A DNA stretch of 64,000 nucleotides from Gemmatimonadales bacterium (GTDB taxonomy: Bacteria; Gemmatimonadota; Gemmatimonadetes; Gemmatimonadales; GWC2-71-9), in NCBI GenBank assembly GCA_965249575.1, contig OZ252244.1, forward strand, positions 32,001 through 96,000. Direction: 5' to 3'. The translations under genes and the position numbers were made by a program. Positions 40,790-50,455 of the stretch are shown here, in pieces; the first letter of the stretch is position 1, and each line of letters opens with the position of its first letter. Under the pieces are notes generated by a model that saw only the letters and a program-made list of their open reading frames with translations, was not told the origin of the DNA and made no database searches.

Positions 40790-42115
40790 TCACGCATCCC
40801 TGCCCTTCCACCTCCAAAAGTAGTACGCCGGGATGCCACTCAGGACAAAGGCCGTCCCGATCGCCGCGCGAAGCGGCTGGGTGTAAACCGTGTTCAAGAC
40901 GATGGCAACGGCCGAAAGTACGAACAGGATCGGCGTGACGGGATATCCCGGTACTCGAAACGGCCGCTCCGCGTCCGGTTGGCGGCGACGGAAGACGAAC
41001 ACGGCGACCGCGGCTAGGGCGTAAAAGATCCACCCCGCGAAGATCACGTAGGTCAGGAGCTGCTCGAACGTCCCGCTCAACGCGAGCACCGCAGCCCATG
41101 CCGACCCCGTGATGATGGCAGGTGCCGGGGTGCCAAAGCGCGGGTGGACTTCTCCCAAGCGGCGAAAGAAGAGCTTGTCCTGCGCCATCGCGAAGTAGAC
41201 GCGGGGCGCCGTCAGGGCAATGGCGTTCGACGCACTGAATATCGACACCAGGATCACGACCGCGATGAGCTTCGCCCCAGCAGGCCCGACGAGAGCACCC
41301 ACCGCATCCGCGGCAACTCGATCGGATAACGACACGCCCTCCGGCCCCAGAGCCGCCACGTACGCCATGTTAGCCAGTACGTAGAGCACCACCAGCACGG
41401 CGGTCCCCAGGACCATGCCGCGAGCGAAGATACGCTGTGGATCGCGGGCCTCACCAGCGGAGAATGTGAGGTACTGCCACCCCTCATAGGCCCAGAGCAC
41501 GCCGATCATCGCCACGCCCGCACCGGAAAGGAGCGAGAAGCTCATGGTTTCGGGCCAGAACGCCACCTTCCCCCGCTCGGCGAGCCCGGTCCCCGCCAGG
41601 AGCAATACCACGCTCATGACCAGAATGACCGCTACTTTGATTGCAGTGGTCCAATTCTGAACGAGGGCGCTGTGCCGGGTTCCGCGCACGTTGATCACCG
41701 TAACGCTTGCCAGGAGTGCGAGGATCGTGATCTTCTCGCCGACTGGACCCAGCGGAACGAGCTCGTCCAGGTACGCGGTCGCCGCCACGGCCAGCGCCGC
41801 AGCCGAGCCGCAAGCAATCACCACAAAAAACGCCCAACCGTACAGGAACGCCGTCAGCGGCCCGAATGCATCGCGAAGGAACACGTACAGCCCGCCAGCT
41901 CGCGGGTTCATCGCGCCCAGCTCCCCATACGTCAATGCACCGAGTAGTGAGAGGATTCCACCGACCAACCACACCAGGAGCGCCACTCCCGCGTAGCCAC
42001 CCGACTGCCTCAGTGCAATCCCCGGTACCAAAAAGATCCCCGATCCGATCACGATACCGATCGCGATGAGGGTGAGCTCTCGTTGGCCGAGCGTGCGCTC
42101 GAGCGAGGTGGTCAT
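40790..42115 (-). CDS. APC-family amino acid permease
   Basis: IGSGIF, YGELG, GGLYVFL, WAYEGW, HPRFGTP; about 12 TM. Confidence 0.92.
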   Translation of the reverse strand: MTTSLERTLGQRELTLIAIGIVIGSGIFLVPGIALRQSGGYAGVALLVWLVGGILSLLGALTYGELGAMNPRAGGLYVFLRDAFGPLTAFLYGWAFFVVIACGSAAALAVAATAYLDELVPLGPVGEKITILALLASVTVINVRGTRHSALVQNWTTAIKVAVILVMSVVLLLAGTGLAERGKVAFWPETMSFSLLSGAGVAMIGVLWAYEGWQYLTFSAGEARDPQRIFARGMVLGTAVLVVLYVLANMAYVAALGPEGVSLSDRVAADAVGALVGPAGAKLIAVVILVSIFSASNAIALTAPRVYFAMAQDKLFFRRLGEVHPRFGTPAPAIITGSAWAAVLALSGTFEQLLTYVIFAGWIFYALAAVAVFVFRRRQPDAERPFRVPGYPVTPILFVLSAVAIVLNTVYTQPLRAAIGTAFVLSGIPAYYFWRWKGRDA

Positions 42116-42179
42116 GGTAGAGATCCGGAGATGAGCGGATGAGATGGTAGCGCGGGAGTAGCACCGGCGCTACGGCCCC

Positions 42180-43247
42180 TCATCTCGCCCCGAAGTACCT
42201 GGTGTCCGGTTGCAGTTCCGGTGGCATCGGGGGCGGCGGGATCGAGAGACCCGACTCGTAGTCCAGCCACCGCTTCGTCCTGGCTTCGCCAATTGCGCGC
42301 AGTGCCTGCCTCCCATACGGAGCCCGATTGAGCGTCTCGTAGATCAACTCGCTCCGGCCAGATCCGGCAACTCGAATGAGCGCGAGGATGCCCTTGTACG
42401 CGGTAATGAAATCCGGTGCCGTGAACGTCACGGCATTGTCCGCGTAGTTGACGCCCGGGACTCCATCGAGAATCGTGAGGCTGCCAGGTGGCCACGCCTT
42501 AAGGGCAGCCGCGACGGGCCCTTCCAGCGTCATTGCCTTCATTTCCCCGAGCCGCAGCAATGCACGCCTCGCTGCCGAGCGCATCTCGGCATGCACTTCG
42601 TCTAGCGGGAGGAGATCGGCCTCCGACGCACTCTTTGCATGTTTCACCACGACGCATTCGATCCAAGGCATCGGCTCCGCGAGGTCCGCCTGGAGCTTGT
42701 CGTCGCCGGTTACGAAGACGACCGGGACGCCCACTCGACCCCATGAGTATCCGATCAACTCCGGTTCGGTTACCATATGGCCGTTGATGTAGGGCTCGAC
42801 GCCGCCAGTGTAGGTGTGCGACAGGAATCCGCGACTCCCCGGCTTGGCGTGCATCCCCACGTTCACCACGGCGTCGTAAGCGCCTTGTTCCACGAGATCG
42901 GAGTATGGGTCGAACGGCCGGTCACGGAAAATCATCTTTGCCCGTTCGTCCAGTTGATCGAGCAAGATGTCCGGCTCGTGGTTGCCGCTCCCATGACCAT
43001 CGGTCACGTCTACCGCCGTCGCCCCGCCGTCAAACAGCCCCGCGATCACGGCGTTCACGTCATCTATCAGGAGCTGGCGCCCCTTGGCATACAGGGCGGG
43101 ATAGGTGATCGTGATCATGCGCCAGTCGTTCTCACCCGAGAGGCCCTCCATGTCATGCAGCAACAAGACCTTCAGCGGGCGGCTCTCCTGGGCGGTGGCG
43201 ACTGAAACCATGCAGAGCATCGCGCCGACCATCGCTGTTCGTTTCAT
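42180..43247 (-). CDS. M55 (DppA-like) D-aminopeptidase with signal peptide
   Basis: DMEG, DGHG, GMHA, SHTY, GDD Zn motifs; N-terminal signal peptide ending ATAQ. Confidence 0.85.
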   Translation of the reverse strand: MKRTAMVGAMLCMVSVATAQESRPLKVLLLHDMEGLSGENDWRMITITYPALYAKGRQLLIDDVNAVIAGLFDGGATAVDVTDGHGSGNHEPDILLDQLDERAKMIFRDRPFDPYSDLVEQGAYDAVVNVGMHAKPGSRGFLSHTYTGGVEPYINGHMVTEPELIGYSWGRVGVPVVFVTGDDKLQADLAEPMPWIECVVVKHAKSASEADLLPLDEVHAEMRSAARRALLRLGEMKAMTLEGPVAAALKAWPPGSLTILDGVPGVNYADNAVTFTAPDFITAYKGILALIRVAGSGRSELIYETLNRAPYGRQALRAIGEARTKRWLDYESGLSIPPPPMPPELQPDTRYFGAR

Positions 43248-43768
43248 CGGGAGCTCCTCGAGCTATGGGTGCACGGGCACCGCCAACGTCCGTCGATCCA
43301 CCTCGACAGCCGGCGCGAGCAATCGCTCGTTGCTTTCCGCGACCCTACACGAGTACTAGTGTTCGTCAACGGGCCGAACCTCGCAACTCGGCCCGCGACG
43401 AAGGCGGCCGTGCAATCGTGCTGGGCTGCCCCCCTATGACTCCAATGGGTTACCGTATGGTAGCTGGAAATGGTGAGTGCGTTCGCGACGAGCGCGACCC
43501 CAAACCCTTTATGCAGGAATGACTGGAACGAATTGGCGCACGGCGCGCCGAGTGGATTGAGGAACATTCACTTCTGAGTTGCGCGCACCGTCGGATGGAA
43601 CGGACAGCACGCACAGCGGGGCCTACCTCCTGCTATCGCGGCGCGAGGTAGATGGCCAACGGCGCATCGACCGGCACGTCGATCTGATGGGCATGCCCTG
43701 ACTCGGCGCCGCTCCGGTTCGGGCCAGCGGGTCCTGCGCCACTGGTTTCACAAGGTCGGAGTGTAAAC

Positions 43769-44626
43769 ATGCGCCACCAGTCTTCACGAGCCACCAGTCA
43801 CCATATGATGGTCTCAGCGCTGCTCGTGCTCCTCGGGGCGGGCGCCTGCGCCTCAGATGTCGGCACGAGCGGCCCCGGGGCACGCACCCTCGACGACATC
43901 CTCAAGGCGGGCACCATCAGGATCGGGCTGAACCCGAGGATCCCGCCTCGCGCTTTGTACGACGACCAGAACGAGATCGTTGGCTTCGAGCCCGACGTCG
44001 CCGCGGAAATCGGCCGGAGGCTGGGCGTGAACGTCGAGCTCGTCGTGGTCGGCTCCCCGGACCGCATTCCGTTCGTCGCCCTGGGTAAGTTGGACGCCGT
44101 GATGGGTGCGATGACCCGCGATTCGAGGCGGGCCAAGGTCATAGATTTTTCGGTGCCGATCCACTCCTCGACGTATGGCGTTCTGACGCGCAAGGACACC
44201 AGGATCACGACGTGGCGGGAACTCAACGACGAGCGAATCACCCTCGTACAGGTGCGAGGTACCGTCACGGTCGAGATCGTCCGGCAGATGCTGCCCGAAG
44301 CGAACCTGTTACTGCTCGACAATTATGCCGACCGGGACCGGGCGATCGCTCAGGGCCGCGCCGACGCGTCGGTGGACGGGATCGACACCCTCATCTACCG
44401 GTTCGCTCAGGCCTTCACGGACGTCGACTGGCACTGGTTCGAGACGTCCGATCTCAGGCCACCGGACTTCGCCGGATTTGGGGTCGCCAAGGGCAACGAC
44501 ACGCTCCGCGATTGGCTCAACGTGGCCGTCTACGAAATGCACGCATCGGGCTTCATCGACAGCCACTGGGAAGAGTGGTTTGGCGCCCCGATGGCCACAC
44601 CGGTACCGGTCACCCCGTTCTTTTGA
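43769..44626 (+). CDS. Polar amino acid ABC transporter substrate-binding lipoprotein
   Basis: LGAGAC lipobox, TLDDILKAGTIRIG, GFEPD, RIP...GKLD, IDFS. Confidence 0.88.
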   Translation: MRHQSSRATSHHMMVSALLVLLGAGACASDVGTSGPGARTLDDILKAGTIRIGLNPRIPPRALYDDQNEIVGFEPDVAAEIGRRLGVNVELVVVGSPDRIPFVALGKLDAVMGAMTRDSRRAKVIDFSVPIHSSTYGVLTRKDTRITTWRELNDERITLVQVRGTVTVEIVRQMLPEANLLLLDNYADRDRAIAQGRADASVDGIDTLIYRFAQAFTDVDWHWFETSDLRPPDFAGFGVAKGNDTLRDWLNVAVYEMHASGFIDSHWEEWFGAPMATPVPVTPFF

Positions 44627-44646
44627 CCGGAAACGGGACACACTGA

Positions 44647-45324
44647 GTGGCCTATACACTGCAGTGGGGCCAGGTAGTCGGATACGTTCCCTATCTCATC
44701 GGCGGTGCCTGGCTCGCCCTCCAGATCGCTTTCTTGGCCTTCGCCGGCGGCATCGCTATCGCCACCGTGAACGCGGCCATTCTGTCGTATGGCAGGAACC
44801 GTTTGATCCGCGGTGTCGTCAGTGGCTACGTCACGTTCTTCATGAACACACCGGCTCTCGTTCAGATCTTTTTTCTGTTCTTCGCGTTACCCGAAGCAGG
44901 CATCGTCCTGACCTCATACCAGGCGGTGCTCCTGGGTCTAACGCTCAACGTCAGTGGGTATCTCACGGAAATCCTCCGAGCCGGTTTCCAGTCCATCCGG
45001 AAGACCGAGATCGAGGCGGCGGAGACACTCGGCATGAGCATCGTCCAGATGACATGGCTGGTCGTCTTGCCACACATCTTCAGGGTCTTATACCCGCCGT
45101 TGACCAACCAGTACATCATCCTGACGATGACTACATCCATCGCCGCGATCTTCGGCCTCGAGGAGCTAACGGGCCGGGCGTACAATGTCAGCGCCGAAAC
45201 GTTCCGCTCCTTCGAGGTTTTCACCATGTCCGCCGGCCTCTATGTCATTCTGACGCTCGTCGCAAGCGTCATTCTTTGGGCGGCTGGGCGCTACCTCTTC
45301 CGCATTAAAGCGACGCTCGTCTGA
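44647..45324 (+). CDS. Amino acid ABC transporter permease
   Basis: NTPALVQIFF, EILRAG...EAAETLGM (EAA loop). Confidence 0.92.
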   Translation: MAYTLQWGQVVGYVPYLIGGAWLALQIAFLAFAGGIAIATVNAAILSYGRNRLIRGVVSGYVTFFMNTPALVQIFFLFFALPEAGIVLTSYQAVLLGLTLNVSGYLTEILRAGFQSIRKTEIEAAETLGMSIVQMTWLVVLPHIFRVLYPPLTNQYIILTMTTSIAAIFGLEELTGRAYNVSAETFRSFEVFTMSAGLYVILTLVASVILWAAGRYLFRIKATLV

Positions 45325-46053
45325 ATGGGCGGCACACTGTTCGAGCAACTCCCGCTCTTTTTCACATCCTCCAATGTGGTGTTTCTGGCTCAGGCCTTTG
45401 GAGTGACCCTGGCGCTGTCTGCCGTCGGCTGCGTGGCGGGCTATTCGTTCGGCACGGCGCTAGCCGTTGTGCGAAACCGTCACGTCGTCGATTTCTGGCT
45501 GGCACGACTCGGCTCGACCCTGTTCAGCGAGACGTTCCGTCGTATTCCGTTCTTGGTGAAGCTGATGGTCGTGTTCTTTGCCTTCGAGGTCTTCGGCCTC
45601 AGCGTGTCGATGTTCACCGTCACCGCCACTACCGTAGCCCTAGCGGCAGCCGCCTTTTCGGCCGAGATCATGCGCGCCGGCCTCGAATCGGTACATCCAA
45701 GCCAGTGGGACGCCGCGGAATCCATGAATATGGGCGGCCTGACGAGCCTCAGGCTGTGGGCATTGCCGCAGTCCTGGAGGGTGATCCTCCCGCCTGCACT
45801 GAGCTTTACGGTCGGCCTGATCAAGTCGACCTCGATCGCCTCCCAGATCGCCGTCTTCGAGTTGACCTACGCAGCCAAGGTGTTGAATCAAAAGGGATTC
45901 TCGCCCGTGTTGAGCTTCGGAACGTTGCTCGTCCTATATTTCGCGATCTGCTATCCGCTCAACCGCTACGCGCACCAGCTTGAGGTGCGGCTCGCTGCGC
46001 GACGGGGCCGCGAATCGGCATCAGAGTTGTTTGGAGAGGCTGGTGCGGCCTGA
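45325..46053 (+). CDS. Amino acid ABC transporter permease
   Basis: FRRIPFLV, EIMRAG...QWDAAESM, LIKSTS. Confidence 0.92.
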   Translation: MGGTLFEQLPLFFTSSNVVFLAQAFGVTLALSAVGCVAGYSFGTALAVVRNRHVVDFWLARLGSTLFSETFRRIPFLVKLMVVFFAFEVFGLSVSMFTVTATTVALAAAAFSAEIMRAGLESVHPSQWDAAESMNMGGLTSLRLWALPQSWRVILPPALSFTVGLIKSTSIASQIAVFELTYAAKVLNQKGFSPVLSFGTLLVLYFAICYPLNRYAHQLEVRLAARRGRESASELFGEAGAA

Positions 46054-46129
46054 CACCGGCATCCACGCCGTCACCACTCTTCCATCGACCCTCAGGGGTA
46101 ACGCTCAACCCAACAGTGGCGAACTACTC

Positions 46130-47062
46130 ATGAGATCATCGACCAGTCCGGGAACTCAGTATCTGCAGGGCGCCATCGACTGCCACACGCACGTGTGCCC
46201 CCACATCAACGGTCGCTCCGTCAACGCCTTCGAAGCGACCCACCAGGCAGCCGATGCCGGCATGCGCGCGCTAGGGTTGATGGACAATTTCGGAAACAGT
46301 TCCGGATTTGCTGCGCTCGTGATGGCCGAGCTTGGCCATTTGGGTGTGGAGGTGTTTGGAGGCATCATCATGCAGCCAATGGCGGGCGGTGTAACCGTCG
46401 AGGCGGCTCGTACTGCATTGCGCTACGGTTATGGACCCGGCACCGGCGCGCGGTTCGTCTCCCTGCCCACCCATCACACCCGACACGTGGCCGAGCGTGA
46501 AGGACGTGGCGAGGCATATCTGAAAACGACGTTTTCCGTACCCAAATCGGGCAAGGTACCCGACGAAGTCCTCGAGATCATGGACCTCGTCGCGGAGGCT
46601 GACGCCGTATTCGACTGCGGTCACGTCGCAGGGTACGAAGCCATTGTGCTCGTCGAGGAGGGCAAGCGCAGGGGACTCAAGCGGCTGCGGACCCATTGCG
46701 CGCGTTACTCCGAAGAAGACATCAAGGCCATTGTTGAGAACGGTGCCTATGCGGAGTTCTCATTCTTCATCCTCACACATGCCACCCAAGTTGGGCTCAC
46801 CCATGTCGACAAAGAAAAGCACCGCGTACCGGGAATGACGATCCAGGAGATGGCCTCCAAAATCTGGGCGGCCACGCCCGAGCGGGCGATCGTATCGAGC
46901 GACGCCGGCGTCTTCTTGCTCCCTCCACCGGTCGAGGCCTTCCGTGAGTACATGTTGCTGCTGGAAAGCGAGGGGTTCAGCGAGGGCGACATCCGCCAGA
47001 TGAACTCGGCCAATCCGGCGGAGCTCTTCCGCATTTCAGCTCCAACGGCCGGCGCGGCATAG
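46130..47062 (+). CDS. Amidohydrolase-superfamily metalloprotein (DUF6282-like)
   Basis: AIDCHTHVCPH, VFGGI, LPT, CGH, TH, SSDAG, NPAELF. Confidence 0.7.
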   Translation: MRSSTSPGTQYLQGAIDCHTHVCPHINGRSVNAFEATHQAADAGMRALGLMDNFGNSSGFAALVMAELGHLGVEVFGGIIMQPMAGGVTVEAARTALRYGYGPGTGARFVSLPTHHTRHVAEREGRGEAYLKTTFSVPKSGKVPDEVLEIMDLVAEADAVFDCGHVAGYEAIVLVEEGKRRGLKRLRTHCARYSEEDIKAIVENGAYAEFSFFILTHATQVGLTHVDKEKHRVPGMTIQEMASKIWAATPERAIVSSDAGVFLLPPPVEAFREYMLLLESEGFSEGDIRQMNSANPAELFRISAPTAGAA

Positions 47063-47109
47063 CGGTTCGGCTCAGGCCTTTCACTCAGTCTTCCGAGGAG
47101 CGTCGTCCC

Positions 47110-47853
47110 CTGCCCCACCTCGAGATCGCCGGCCTTGCTACGAGCTATGACGGCCGCAACCGAGTCCTCGACGACGTCAGCATCGACGTCGGCCGGGGGC
47201 AGATTGTGAGCGTGATCGGCCCCTCGGGCTCGGGCAAGAGCACCGTACTGAGGAGCGTCATGGGTCTCACCGTGCCAGAGTCGGGCACGGTGAGCTTGGA
47301 TGGGCAGGTCGTCGACTACCGAGACAAGAAGAGCGTACGCTCACTTCGCGATCGCGTCGCCATCGTGTTCCAGCAGTACAACTTGTTCCAGAACATGAAC
47401 GCCCTACGAAACGTCACGGTAACTCCCGTCAAGATCCGGAAGCGCGACTCCGCTCAGGTCAACGAAGAGGCCACTAGCCTCCTCCGCAAGGTCGGCCTCG
47501 GCGAGAAGCTGCACGCCTATCCGGACGAGCTGTCGGGCGGCCAACAGCAGCGGGTGGCGATTGCCCGCGCATTGGCGCTCAAGCCGGAAGTCCTCCTTCT
47601 GGACGAGATCACCTCGGCACTGGATCCGGAGCTGGTCAGTGAAGTGCTGGACGCGATCCGGATTCTCGCATCCGACGGGATGACGATGATGATCGTCTCC
47701 CACGAGATGGCGTTCGTCCGGGAGATCTCCACAAAGGTCGTCATGATGGACCGTGGTCGGGTCGTCGAGGAGGGCCCGGCAACGCAAATTTTCGACGATC
47801 CACAAACCCCGCGATGTCGCGAGTTCGTCGGGAAGATCCTCCGCCACGGGTGA
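47110..47853 (+). CDS. Amino acid ABC transporter ATP-binding protein (probable CTG start)
   Basis: GPSGSGKS, LSGGQQQRVAIARAL, LLDEITSALD; N-terminal strands extend upstream of the GTG at 47206 to a CTG 9 nt after GAGGAG. Confidence 0.9.
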   Translation: MPHLEIAGLATSYDGRNRVLDDVSIDVGRGQIVSVIGPSGSGKSTVLRSVMGLTVPESGTVSLDGQVVDYRDKKSVRSLRDRVAIVFQQYNLFQNMNALRNVTVTPVKIRKRDSAQVNEEATSLLRKVGLGEKLHAYPDELSGGQQQRVAIARALALKPEVLLLDEITSALDPELVSEVLDAIRILASDGMTMMIVSHEMAFVREISTKVVMMDRGRVVEEGPATQIFDDPQTPRCREFVGKILRHG

Positions 47854-47940
47854 CCGCCGCCTTGCTACCGAGAATTGAAGACCGAGAGCGAGCCTGGCGG
47901 CATCGGCAACAGTGGCGCAAGCGAGGACCACTTCGGAGTC

Positions 47941-48489
47941 GTGATGAGAATCCGGACTATTGAAAACCCGATCATCCGAGACAGAGTCACCTTCCTGAAG
48001 ACGTCTGCGGAGACCGGTGGCGAGTATTCGGAAGTCCTCATCGAGCTTCACCCCGGTGGCGGGAACGAGCCTCACTATCACACGTCGTTCACTGAGTCAT
48101 TTACCGCCCTCGAGGGGCAGCTTGGCGTTCTAGCAGGAAGCAAGCGCCGTCTCCTGAGCCCAGGCGAGTCCGCCACCGTGCCCCCCCGAATGGTCCATTG
48201 TTTTTTCAATCCATCCAGTCGGGTCGTCAAGTTCAAAGGAGAGGCGAGGCCTGGCCACGAGGGCCTCGAGCAGTTCGCGCAAATCGCCTATGGACTGGCA
48301 CGGGATGGACACGTGAACAAGAAGGGATACCCCAACAGACTCTCGCACGTAGCCCTGCTGATGGAGATGGGTGACGTCAGAATCCCGGGCCCCACTTTCA
48401 AGCTCCTCGCCCCCGTACTCCGCTGGATCGCCCGCCGTGCCCGCGAGCGGGGGCTCGAGCGGGGCCTCGTCGAGCGATACTGCACGTGA
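47941..48489 (+). CDS. Cupin domain protein
   Basis: IENP...VTF, PHYH-x4-E, PGES...VHCFFN. Confidence 0.85.
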   Translation: MMRIRTIENPIIRDRVTFLKTSAETGGEYSEVLIELHPGGGNEPHYHTSFTESFTALEGQLGVLAGSKRRLLSPGESATVPPRMVHCFFNPSSRVVKFKGEARPGHEGLEQFAQIAYGLARDGHVNKKGYPNRLSHVALLMEMGDVRIPGPTFKLLAPVLRWIARRARERGLERGLVERYCT

Positions 48490-48541
48490 TGAGCGCGTCG
48501 AACGTATACGAAGTACGTACGAATGCGGCCACGGGGCGGTT

Positions 48542-48937
48542 GTGAAAGCTCGAGGTAGCCTTCGCTGGGGACGACTAGTCGTCGCCACGTTCGGGGCCGA
48601 GTTACTCCTCATTCTGCTGCTCGTAGCCCTGGTAGCGATCGCCGGCCCGGGCGAGGGGGATGCGCAAGAGTTCGCCGATCGCCTCGGCCGGTGGGTTGGG
48701 CCCATCGGCGGGGCTCTAGTGAGCTTCACCGGAGCCTTATGGTTGGCGCGGCCGCTTGCACGCGGACGCGTGCTGCACGGCCTACTGCTCGGGATTTGTC
48801 TCGCACTGCTCGATGTCGGAATCCTCGTTGCGAGCCGGACAGCATTCGAATGGGTCTTCGTCGGCTCGAACCTCGGCAAGATCGCCGCGGCGTCTCTTGG
48901 TGGGATCGTCGCCAGGCACAAAAGCGCCTCGCAGTAA
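48542..48937 (+). CDS. Small 4-TM hypothetical membrane protein
   Basis: Hydrophobic ORF with LHGLLLG; start approximate. Confidence 0.65.
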   Translation: MKARGSLRWGRLVVATFGAELLLILLLVALVAIAGPGEGDAQEFADRLGRWVGPIGGALVSFTGALWLARPLARGRVLHGLLLGICLALLDVGILVASRTAFEWVFVGSNLGKIAAASLGGIVARHKSASQ

Positions 48938-49006
48938 CGGCGACGGAGCGCTTTCCGCCTGTACGATTCCTTCCCGCCCGCTCCGTTCGCTAGCGGCCTC
49001 ACCTCG

Positions 49007-49399
49007 CCGGACCTTCAGCGCGGATTCCTGATCATCAGCGCGTCGATCGCTCCCTTTCGCGCCTGGTGTTATTGGTGGCCAGTGCGCCGGAGGTGGCCCT
49101 CGACCGTTTCACTGGCGTGGGTCTCGGTGTGGCATCGGGGTGGTCAACCGGTGGGACGCGCCGCGTGGACTGCCCTACAGGGCAGCTACACAGCTGGCAT
49201 CGCAACCGCGCTACTCCTGTTACCCGTGGCGCTACTCTTCGCTCGCCTGCTCCGCCAACAGCCCTGGACGCCCGGGGTGCGATCAGCTGCTCGTCTTGCC
49301 CACGTCAGGCGATACGAACCATACTCCCTACGAGCGGCTCGAGCAGTCCAAGCCGTGAGCGTCGCGCTCCTGGTCGACATCCCACTGGGGACACCATGA
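49007..49399 (+). pseudogene. 5'-truncated HXXEE-like membrane protein remnant
   Basis: GFLII...WCYWWPVRRRWPS...GSYTAGIATA resembles the HXXEE family C-half; no start and no HXXEE motif. Confidence 0.45.
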
Positions 49400-50439
49400 T
49401 ACTCTTCGTCGCATCCGTCACCATCGTCATCACCGTGTCCGCGTTCTGCTCGCTATCGGAGGCTAGCCTGTACGCGGTACGCATCCCCTTCATTCGCAAG
49501 CTGGTCGAGCAAGGGAGTGCGGCCGGGCGCTTGCTCCTGGGTTTCAAGCAGGACATTCAGCAACCGATCGCAGCAATCTTGATTCTAAATACGATCGCGA
49601 ACACCGCCGGCGCCGCCGTCGCGGGCGCTCAGGCACGGCAGCTCTTCGGCCAAGGCGCGCTCGTATGGTTCACGATCCTCTTCACGGGAACCGTGCTCGT
49701 GTTCTCCGAAATTCTCCCCAAGGTCGTCGGCGTGACGTTCAACCGAGTCGTGGCTCCCGCGGTGAGCATGCCGCTGAAAGCAGCCCTCGGGTTGCTCTAT
49801 CCGCTGGTTTGGCTCACCGAGTCAGTCACCGGCCTCGTTCGAGGACAACCCCAACCCATCGCTCCCGAGGATGAGGTCCACCAGTTCGCGCGGATGAGCG
49901 CGGAGGAGGGAAGCATCCTTCCTATGGAAGCGGAGCTCGTGAGCAACGTGCTACACCTGAACGATATCCTGGCGAAGGATATCCTCACGCCCCGGGTCGT
50001 CGTCTTCAAGCTGCCAGCCGACCGGACGGTTGGGGAGGTCCGCGAACAGGTGAGCAGCCTTCCCATCGCTCGGATCCCGGTGTTCCGCGAGGCCGACCCG
50101 GAAAACTGGATTGGTGTCGTGCTACTCCGGGACATCCTTCGCTGCATTGCACAGGACGACTTCTCAGTCACGCTCGATTCGCTGGCAAAGCCGCTGCACT
50201 TCGTGCCGGAGAGCGCTCGCGGCCACGCCTTGTTGACCAGCTTTCTCGTAAAGCGGGCACATCTGTTCGGCGTAGTCGACGAGTTCGGGGCCGTCGCCGG
50301 TGTCATCACGTTGGAGGATGTGCTGGAGTCGCTGCTCGGAAAGGAGATCGTCGACGAGACCGATACGACCGTCGACCTTCGGGATGCCGCTCGCAAGCGG
50401 CGCGAGGAACTGCTGCGTGGCCATTCGGACGACTCGTAG
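49396..50439 (+). CDS. CNNM/DUF21 + CBS domain protein (CorC/hemolysin-like)
   Basis: FCSLSEASL, ILILNT, SEILPK, ILTPR, RIPV, VDEFG...ITLEDVLE. Confidence 0.9.
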   Translation: MILFVASVTIVITVSAFCSLSEASLYAVRIPFIRKLVEQGSAAGRLLLGFKQDIQQPIAAILILNTIANTAGAAVAGAQARQLFGQGALVWFTILFTGTVLVFSEILPKVVGVTFNRVVAPAVSMPLKAALGLLYPLVWLTESVTGLVRGQPQPIAPEDEVHQFARMSAEEGSILPMEAELVSNVLHLNDILAKDILTPRVVVFKLPADRTVGEVREQVSSLPIARIPVFREADPENWIGVVLLRDILRCIAQDDFSVTLDSLAKPLHFVPESARGHALLTSFLVKRAHLFGVVDEFGAVAGVITLEDVLESLLGKEIVDETDTTVDLRDAARKRREELLRGHSDDS

Positions 50440-50455
50440 CGACCCGACACCTCCA

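Noticed and set aside
43248..43768. 520 bp divergent intergenic region with a hairpin at about 43362-43402, as a riboswitch or sigma54 promoter
   Set aside because: No convincing consensus; the TTGGCGC near 43533 lacks a properly spaced TTGC.
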